Of a DNA stretch of 64,000 bases, positions 26,756 through 35,829 are shown in pieces; positions within the stretch are counted from its first letter, which is position 1; the number at the start of each line of letters is the position of its first letter. Made by a program: the position numbers and the translations under genes. Origin of the DNA: Camelus ferus (lineage: Eukaryota); assembly GCF_009834535.1 (NCBI RefSeq), contig NC_045696.1, positions 111,850,001 through 111,914,000 on the forward strand. Reading direction: 5' to 3'. Below the pieces are notes generated by a model. That model was given only the letters and a program-made list of their open reading frames with translations, searched no databases and was not told the origin of the DNA.

Positions 26756-28956
26756 TTGCATTTTTTAATATACTACAGAATGAAAACAACTTGACAACTC
26801 TAGCTTTAGAGTTCCTAGCTCTTCTGAAATGCAAATGGTTGAGTTAGGAAAGCCACAGCTATCTTATTTCTTTAGGTCTGAATCTTATAAAATTACTGAG
26901 TAGCTGAATCAGATGACTCTGAGAAACCAGAAACTTCAAATACAACTTAGCAATATACATGTGAGGATCATATATTCTGTCGGTGAAGGTTAGGTGAATG
27001 ATGGCATCTAATGCCCCCACAAAGTGAGGTTTTCTTAGGACAAAATGCCTGTTTGAAAGTCCAAACCTAATGTTAACACATTCTCAAAGCCTCAAAACAG
27101 TCTTTTAAACAAAGGCATATGCTAATCATATGCTAATTATATTTTCCATATTATATAATTTAATAAAGTAGGTAAGAAGTCTAAATTATTGCTAATCTAT
27201 AGGATCTAAAATAAGTGAAAATGCCTGTTCTGTCTGTTCAAGTAACTAGAGACATTACCAGAGGATCAGCATAGCTTGCTTGGCCAAAATAAACTCCTCT
27301 AAACCAAAAAAGGTCAAATAAAATGAACATTCCATGGTCATTACAGGTAGAAATTGAAGACCTTTAGCCTTTTTCTGTCTTCCCAGTGGTGATAGTACTC
27401 AAGAATGTGGTGTTCATTGATGTCTTCAGCCATCAATAAACACTTGTTACCTTTGGTGCTTAAAGCATCTTTTTAAAAGTAAAAATATACTTATAAAATA
27501 TGTGGAACAATTGAACAGTCTCAAAAATCAGAGTTAATAACCTAGTATAATAATTACTATAGACATGCTGAAACCCAAGTGGCTACACTGATGGTAGCTT
27601 TCTTCCCTAACTTGAGCATATACTTCTAAAGAAATGTAACACAGCAAATTACATTCAAAACATTTAATAGTCATAGCCTGGAAAATCATTTATTGAGTTT
27701 GTTGAATTTTTCTTCTTATTCTTTGTCTAACAACTTTGTATATATATTAATGAGCCATAGAATCTAACACAATGAGAGGAAGGGAGAGGTAAAATTGCAG
27801 ACACTGAATTTTGAATTCAAATATTAACTTCTTTAAATTCTCACTGGGTTAAAGATTAGTACCCTCCCCCTCCCCTGCCAGCTGGATCTCAGTGTTGGAA
27901 CAAGACACGATTGACGTGGAAACTCTACTGGAACTTCGCCACGTGTCTATAAGTACAGTTTTGAGTTAGTATCTTCTTAGATAAACTATTTGGTTTGTTA
28001 ATTAAAATACCTGCTGTATATAAGTGCACTGATAAGTGTGACTCATCAGGCAAAATGTTTATTAAATAGCAAATACATATAAATTGCTTTTTGCTTTAGA
28101 AGATTAGCTCAAAACCATATGACACAAGGTGTAAACTCAAGGCAGAGACTATCTTCATCACCTTGAATTCTCAGATCCTGAGTACCTAACCCACAGCAGG
28201 CATTTAATATTTTTTTGATTGCTATACTGGGGAAACATAAGATCTAAGAATAAAAATCCTAAAGTAGTTAGGATAAGCTCCCGTGGAAGCTACTAAGAAA
28301 GCTTGAGTAAATAAAGGCCTTTATCTTTACAGTTAGTGGAATTGACTTTGATTTATACAATTTTTCATTTTGGCTGGTGCTCGCTGTGGGGTGCAAATTA
28401 AGTCTTTCAGTGTAATAAACACAAGAATAAAGGAATATCAAAAACAAGACAAACATGATATAGATACAGCCTTTTAATGTGGAAATTATTACTGTAATTA
28501 CTCTGTAAATGAAAGTTATTTGACAAAACCCTAGAAAGGAAAGCTGCACTCGAGGTGGATACAGTCACTTTCACCATAAGTGTATGTTAAGTCTGCTGCG
28601 CGAGGTTAAGCCGGCCAACAGTTCTTCCAGAGCTGAGATATTTGTCATCTAGGTACCTTCTCCCATTCATCACGAATCTCTGCTTTAACCTGTTGATGTG
28701 CATTATATTCAACAACTCTATTTGTGCTTCTTTTAGGTAAGTCAGTATTTTAAGAAGAATAAATTGAGTTATTTACTAGAGGCTCCTCATGCTTAGAAGG
28801 CTAAAACACTCAATGCCTCACAAGTGAGGCAAGTGAAAGGATGAATGTGAATTTCCATTAGTTAACCCATCTGGCTTTTGAATATATGCTTTTATTCATA
28901 AATCTGAGACTGAAGAGCTTTTGAAAACTGAAGTTAAAAAAAAAAAAGAGAGACGG

Positions 28957-28985
28957 TTATAACTCAATAAAAAAATGTAAAAAAA
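28957..28985 (+). mobile_element. Ultra-short L1 insertion (last ~22 nt plus polyA)
   Basis: ttataactcaataaaaaaatgt-An nearly matches the reverse complement of the L1 terminus at ~23675-23696; flanked by AAAAAAGAGA(GA)CGG direct repeats. Confidence 0.75.
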
Positions 28986-30513
28986 AAAAAGAGACGGCAA
29001 TATATCTCATAGCTTGGCTTCTATTTAATGCATAGATCTTTATTAAAAAAAACTCACAGCTTTTAAAATTATTTACCCCTTTTCAAGCTTATAGGATATA
29101 TGTGTACTTTGAAGATGTGAAGTCACAGTAAGTACAAAAGCAAAAATACTCAATTTAAGGAGGCACAAACAGAGGTCTGCAAAGTTAAATAACAAGGCAC
29201 CAGGACTTAGTTGATCAGGTTCAGAGCCCATATTAGACCCTGGTCTGATTTACAAGCTGGCACCTCAAGTTCAAGGTAAAGAAAGGTTTCACTGTTCTGA
29301 ACTAAAGTCCCAAGTATGCCAAAATTACATGGCCACTAGAGAGCTAATTAAGAAAAACTGTGTTTAAATTATTTCCATGTTTCAGAGTTCCCCACCTCTT
29401 TGGACTCAGAAGTCAGCTGAAAGATGTGACCCGAGACATTTTTGTTTTCCCTTGAGAGGAAAGGCACAGTTGGAAGTTCACAAAAACACCTTTTCACGCT
29501 GCAGCAATGAGGTTTTCATCTTCTTAAAAAGCTCTCATGTCATGACTGGTGGCACTTCAAGCCCTCAAGTACTCATTCTGGTGATAGTTAACTCTCTTCT
29601 AAGTCTGTCTCACAAACCGGGTTATAAATGACTTGAAATCAGGGTCCCCGTTTTGATTTTGAGCCCATGGGAGAGCCTGGTATAGGGTGGCTGAGCGTGG
29701 AAACAAGTTACATCGAAAAGCAGGATGAAGTAAGGCCATCTTCGTCTGCCAGACGGTGGTGCGGCTATAAGGGTAATTTTCTTTCTTAGAAAGCTTTAAT
29801 GTGAATGAAATTACTCCTTGGTGTGCATTTGAAAATTAAAAAAAAATTACAAGCGCCCTCTTAGAGGCAGCGGGCATAATTCTGTACAGAAGAGAATGAA
29901 AAGTGACAGTGACAGTTCCGCATTGTTCAGAGAAGAAAGATCGACAAAGAGTAGACTCAGAACCCTCAGCCCACCCGGCATTCTCGCCCCGGAACGTTCT
30001 CTGTGCGGCCCTTATCATTTAAGTTCTTTAAATGCAGTTTTCTTGGAACTGACGGGATCTCTTCTGGGGTGAGGGGAGGAGAGGGAAGGAGGAGATGGAG
30101 GAGGGAGAGGTCTGAGCTGTGGATTCTTCCACAGCAGCGTCCACTTGGGGCCTTGGGGAGGCCGGGGTCACGGGGCCCTCCCTGCACCAGTGATCTGCAA
30201 CATCTTGCCTGCGGTTTACAACCGCTCTTTAAAAATACTTTCCCTTTGGGACGGCCCCCAGCTTCTTCCTGCTCACCCCCCTCCCCCACCCCCGCGGCCC
30301 GGGGCAAAGGAGCTCCTCGTCTTCGCCGGCAGGTCTTAAGAGTGAACGGCACGCTCAGAGGATTAAAATCGACCCGAGGGCAATTCGACCCTTTTCCTTT
30401 GCTGCCCTCAAATGACCTCTGACAGCAGCCCCTGCTCTCCCTTCAAATGGAAAACCCTCAGACAGACACACAAACAAAAAACCCCAAGTCTTCCCTTCGG
30501 TTGCTACCCGCAA

Positions 30514-30620
30514 TGACGTTTCCCCCTCGGGTCCCGCCCCTCCGGGGGCTTGGGATTTTGGGATTGGCTGAGATGTTGTGCCAGCAAGGCCCCGATTGGG
30601 CGCCGCGGCTTGACTGACAG
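30514..30620 (+). promoter_or_regulatory. TOP2B core promoter module: CRE-like TGACGT, GC box, two inverted CCAAT boxes, TGACTGACAG decamer
   Basis: TGACGT 30514-30519; CCGCCC 30534-30539; ATTGG 30563-30567 and 30595-30599; TGACTGACAG 30611-30620. The human TOP2B promoter is known to depend on two NF-Y inverted CCAAT boxes plus an Sp1 site. Confidence 0.8.
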
Positions 30621-30633
30621 CGGGACGGCCGCC

Positions 30634-30713
30634 GCGCCCTCCTTCCCCCGGCCTCCCCCAGCCCTCCCCGGTGTGCGAGTGTGTGCGGTGTTATGCCGGA
30701 CAAGAGGGAGGCG
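30634..30713 (+). ncRNA. MIR4442: Sequence homologous to the human MIR4442 annotation (function as a miRNA doubtful)
   Basis: GCCGGACAAGAGGGAGG at 30695-30711 matches my recollection of mature hsa-miR-4442, which maps to the TOP2B 5' end. A C-rich 5' arm can pair with GAGGGAGG. Confidence 0.45.
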
Positions 30714-31279
30714 ACCGCGGCGGCGGCGGCTCTGCTTATTGTCCCTCTCGGCGAGTGGATGTGAAGAAGTCGGGCTGCGGCGCGGCCGACAGAGGCGGCT
30801 TTTACAGCCGCAGCGACCCCGCTCCGGCTCTTCGAGCGGCGGCCTTCACGGAGCGTGAGGAAGGACAGGGCGCCTCCGCGTCCCCGCCACGTCCGGACGC
30901 CCGGGCTGCCGGCCGCGCTCGCCGCCCGCACTCAGGGCCTCGGTCGGCTGGCCGCGCCGCCCCCGGGCGGGCGAGGAGGCAGCGCAGCCGCCCAGTCGCC
31001 GCCGCCCTCCCCCGCTTCCTGCTCCTGCGCCTCTTCCTCAGCGGCTGCGCTAGGCCCGGGCGACGCAGCCGCGCGCCTCGAGTTTGAGGGCGGCGGGCGG
31101 CGCGGCCTCCTCGGCGGGCTCGGCCGGGCGTCTGCCCGGGTCTCGGCGATGGGGCGCGGGGGGCGGCGCCGCTAGGAGCACGGCGAGCGGAGCGGTCGGT
31201 GCGGAGCGGCGGGGCCGGGCGGCCCGCGGGAGGCGGAGCGGCGGCCGCGGCCTGGGGCCCGGGAGCGGAGGCGCGCGCC

Positions 31280-31339
31280 ATGGCCAAGGTGGTCGGCGGA
31301 GGCGCGGGAGCCGGCGGCAACGGGGCGCTGACCTGGGTG
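31280..31339 (+). CDS. TOP2B: TOP2B coding exon 1 (MAKVVGGGAGAGGNGALTWV)
   Basis: Strong Kozak context gccATGG; donor GTG|gtgagt; 60 nt, phase 0. Confidence 0.95.
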
Positions 31340-33174
31340 GTGAGTGGCAGGCGGCGGGGCGGGGGTCTGGGCCGCGGCATTGTTCCCGGCCCGCGGCGGG
31401 GGGAGCTCGCCCGGCCAACGGGGGGCGGGGAGGGAAGGGAGAGGGAAATCCGGTCCCCTAAACGCGCGCCCCGTCGGGGTGTCCGCCAGCAGAACCCCAA
31501 TCCCGCCCCTTTTCTTTCTTCTCTACCTCTTTGGCGGCTCGGGCTGCAGGAGCGTAATGTGCACTTGAAACTTTGGGGCGCAAACCATGAACATGACACG
31601 GGTCCCCGCCTCGTCTTTTTTCCTCTTTCCTAGTCTTACTAGGGCAGTCGGGCATGAGTTGATGGGTATGGCAGTAACGTGTGTGAGTCCGTGTGGGTCA
31701 GCACTTCCTCCAAATGTGTCTTAAAATCCCGGAGAGAGGTGTGCGTGCGTGTATGTGTTGTAAGTGCAACCATTTCTGGTGCTCTGATCTCTCAAAGAAG
31801 AATGGATTTGGTGGGGAATACGGCTGCGGCAGTTTACACTTCAATTCGAAGAGTCTCATTCGATTGAAAGCTCTTTCGGGATGGCTGTTTCACAGCAGTT
31901 AATATACCGTAGATCGTCCATCTGTCAGAGTGGGATTATTAAAAGAAGAGCTTACCTGCGTCAGCATCGCAGGAGACACGGTGTGGGGGCAGAATGGAGA
32001 GGGTTGGAGAGGTGACCGAGGTGTTTTGCCCTGGAGCGGCCTTTAGGATTTCAGCGCTCAATTCCTGCTGGGAAGTGGTAGAGAAGGGAAGACCTAGAGA
32101 GATCCGATTCCCACGGCGGATCGATAATTCACCCGCATTTCACTTGCTCAGCATAGAGTTCAGCCCAGGGTCATTTCCTACACACACGAAAAACGCCCAG
32201 TTCAGCCAACTGACTAGGTATCTAAGAGAAAAATAAAAAAGCGTTACGTTTTCTACGGACTTTCAATCGACCCCCTTCCCCCTTTCCAAAACACCCAAGG
32301 AAACTTTCGTATTCCCGTTTTTATCAAGTCCTTTTTCTCGTTGTTTGGGTGAGGTGTAGGTGAGTTGAGTAACGTTCTGCTGTATTGACAAGTATCCTTT
32401 GTGAAAAGCACGTTACTGATAACTGAAAAATATTTTAAACAATTGTTTGCATGTCAAGATGCTTTGAGAAATAACTTGCCAGACTCTTACTGTTGGATCT
32501 CTGAATTTTGTATGTTACTTCAATAATGTAGTATGAATAGACTAGAGCCAGGAGAGAGAAAACGTCAGTTAATAAGTTTGCAGTCCATGTGAACATGGGA
32601 CAGGGGAGGCATGCATAAATGCAAAAGAATAGTTTTTGTAAATTGATGATCTTTACCCTTGTTACTAAAATCAAACAACTTCTGAAAATGGAGTGAGCCA
32701 GATGGTTCTCATTCACTGGAAGTGTTGAGGCCTGATCAGTGTTTCCTCTGAGGACCTCTCGCTCTCTATGATGGCAAACATTTTGCTCCAAGATTGAGTT
32801 GGTTAGCTTTAACGTTTAATAGCAGTATTTTAGTTTACTCCTATTTAACTTTGTAGATAATTAAATGACAACTTTTTCTTTGAAGTTCAATAGGAAATTT
32901 TCGTTTCATTTGCATAAGAAATTTCATGAAACTTAAGAGGTCTCATTCAATATCAGAAAAATTCATTTGAAACTAAAATTGACTTATTGATTAAATATGT
33001 TTATTATAAAACTATTAAGGGAAATATAGTGAAATAAGGAGAAGTAAAAATCACTTAATCTTTTATTTATAAAATATCCTCTTGTTGAATTAGAGATTGA
33101 TTAAAAAGTTACGTGAGCATCTTTATGTTCATAATATGCATCACTGACCATAGACCATAATATAGTTTTATGGG

Positions 33175-33390
33175 AGGTAGTATAGGGAGATTGTTATGAG
33201 CATGGACTTTGATGTCAGATTGATGTGGATTCAGATCCTGTCTCTAACACATATAGTCATTGGGACTTTGCACAAAAGGATCTGATCTTTCTTAAGTTGC
33301 TCCCTCATCTGTAAAATAAGGTTGCATTGATAATTAAATGAGATAATATATGTTGCACAGTGCTGGGCTTTATAAACGTTTATTTTTATT
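33175..33390 (+). mobile_element. MIR SINE (intron 1)
   Basis: 'gagcatggactttgatgtcaga...gattcagatcctgtctcta...cctcatctgtaaaataagg...aattaaatgagataatatatg'. Confidence 0.7.
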
Positions 33391-35829
33391 GGTGAAGTTC
33401 AAGAAATGCGCACTGAGAATAATAAAGTTGCTTTTACGTAAAATATTTTTTTGAGCCAGGTTGAAAGCAGATTATTCCTTTGTAAGAGTTCAGGGGTTTG
33501 TTGCAGAGGTCATCTGTTTCTGAAGAGGGTTAACTTTGCCTGCTTTATTGAAACTCATGTTATATTGCTACCTGGTTGTGGGTTACAGGAAGAAATAAAA
33601 ATGGAGTTAATCCCTGGTATCGTTCTTTTTCTGGAGGCTGGGAGAGTAGTGCCATGGTTGCTGGTATTAACTTCTGTTGGGATGCATGCTACCATGTAGT
33701 GTTAATGTTATCACTGCACAGAAACTTACATTTCAGTATCTGAAACCACAAAGCAAAGTGGTTTAAGATTGACATTAACTTCTTTTAATAGTTTATTGGG
33801 TTTGTGTTTGATTTTCAATATCGTAAAGAGATTTTTTAAAACTTGAAAAGTGAAAGATGTAAGTATTATAGAACTATTTTGAGTTAAAATTGACAGAAGC
33901 TACGAAGGCTTCTCTGAAGCAAGCAGAATTTCTTGAATTAACTTTTAGTTTTGTAAAGCTTTGATTTGTAGACCCTAATAGTCTTTTGTTCAGTCAGCCT
34001 TTTATCATGTTTAAGTGGTTGCAAAAAAAAAATTGTGGAAATATTAGAATACGGTTATTCACTGTGTGAATATTGATCTTTTCCCAGTACTATAATTTGG
34101 TAGATTAAAACAATACTGTAATGGGAAATATTAAGCATATAACATCACGATGACCAGAATGATATAGGAGCTTCCCTCTGTCATCTACTGTCAACAGTTA
34201 GCAGCTCAAGGTCACCCACCTTTCCGAACCTCATTATTTTGAAGGAAAGCAGATCCAACAATTATACACTTCATGTGTAAATATTTCAGTACTTATCTCT
34301 AAAACGTAAGTCTCTTAAAAAATATAAAACTACAATTAACACTGTAGTTTTTTAAAAGTAAAATTCAATAAAAATATAAAGCATACAAGCCAAAAGACTG
34401 GATATTTCTAATTCAGGAAACATGACTATAAATTTAAATATTGCTTAAAGATTTGCATTAAGAACTTTGCTTTAGCGGCTCATTATTGCAAGTCTAAACT
34501 CCTCAACTAGACTTGCAAGCCAGTTCTTTGATAAATTATGTGCCAATTGAAATTTATTCCATATCATCCTCATAGTGAGATTTCTTCCTTCACTGTCTCC
34601 TGCACATCATGTTTCTTTTTGTCACTTTACGTGTTTATCTTCCATCAGGAATGCCTCTTTCTCTTCTCTTTACCAGTCTAAATCTTACTCTTCAGAGCTA
34701 GCTCAGAGTGTCACCAAACTTTTATCTTCCAGTTTATACTCATCTTTTTCTGATACCCTTACGGATCATAAAACAAAAATATCTTTCTTTTAAAAGTAAC
34801 TTTCATGTGTGAAACTCCTGAAGTCAGAAACCATGTATTTTACTTGTTTGTATCCTTTATAGCTTTCAGCAAAGAGCTGGATGCATAATCCAACCTCAGT
34901 TATGGTTAACCAATTAGATAATTAACATACTGACTTACTGAAAAGTCTTATTTCTTTATTAGGACAAGTGGTTAGGTAGCAGTTCTTTAGATAGATTCTC
35001 AAGTAACTAACTGCAGTATTAGAAACAATTTTAATAAACTGTGCTAACTTTTCTGAATAGACGTGGGTATGTTCACCAGTAGTTTCAGATATGTTAAATA
35101 CTTAGGTGGTAGCAACAGTTGCATTTTACTAAGTACCTTAAAAAAAAGCCTCTTTTGTATTTTTAAAAATCTTAATACAAATAGGACCCAGTTTTAAAGA
35201 AGTGAGATTGTATAATTATTCCCATTTGCAGAGAAGGAAACAGGGGCTTAGACATTAGGTAATAAAGTGTTAGGCACATGGCTAAGGCAGAGGTGGGATT
35301 TAAACCAGGCTTATGTTCTTAACCACCATTTACACATTCCTCCACCTTAAAACATTAAAAACCAAAACAATTTGTCTTTTATACCCTGATATCACAGGAT
35401 TAAAAAAAAGCCTCCTGGTAAATACCTATGTATCTCTCTTTCTGCTAACCTTTCCTTTACTTTTACACAAAAAGCTAGGGAGTACACTTCCTTTTCAGGG
35501 TATATGTATCTTTAATAATATTATAAGTATAATGCTTTTTAAGAGTATGAGCTATGAAATCACATCACTTGGTTTCATAATTCAGCTTCTACAAGTACTA
35601 GCTCTGTTAGCTCAAATTCTCCAGACCTCAGTTTCCTTGCTGTAAAAAGGAAATCATTAGTAACACTGTCTACTTCATGAAACTTTTATGAAGATTGATT
35701 GAGAATATTCATATAATTCCCATAATGCTTTGCACATAGTAAGCTCTCAGTTGAATGTACACACGTCTTTCCCACTTCTTTTTTTTTAAATCCAGTGAGA
35801 AGTATTTTCACTTTTTTCATCTGAGAAAA

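Larger units (their letters stand above)
29960..31650. promoter_or_regulatory. CpG island spanning the TOP2B promoter, 5' UTR, exon 1 and start of intron 1
   Basis: Abrupt shift to very GC- and CpG-rich sequence in an otherwise AT-rich, CpG-depleted window. Boundaries are approximate. Confidence 0.95.

Noticed and set aside
27116..27137. CATATGCTAAT repeated twice (octamer-like)
   Set aside because: An 11-bp slippage duplication in AT-rich DNA with no independent support for function.
1..29900. Possible exons of the neighbouring gene (NGLY1 lies upstream of TOP2B in human) or a processed pseudogene
   Set aside because: I could not recognise any NGLY1 or other protein-like translation in this interval.
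29966..31655. Many overlapping 100-265 aa ORFs on both strands
   Set aside because: These are expected from stop-codon depletion in a CpG island. They are low-complexity Arg/Ala/Gly/Pro; only 31280-31339 is supported as coding.
32392..32400. U12-type donor-like GTATCCTTT in intron 1 (also near 34850)
   Set aside because: There is no associated exon or U12 branch site, all 14 complete TOP2B introns here have U2-type donors, and chance occurrence is plausible.
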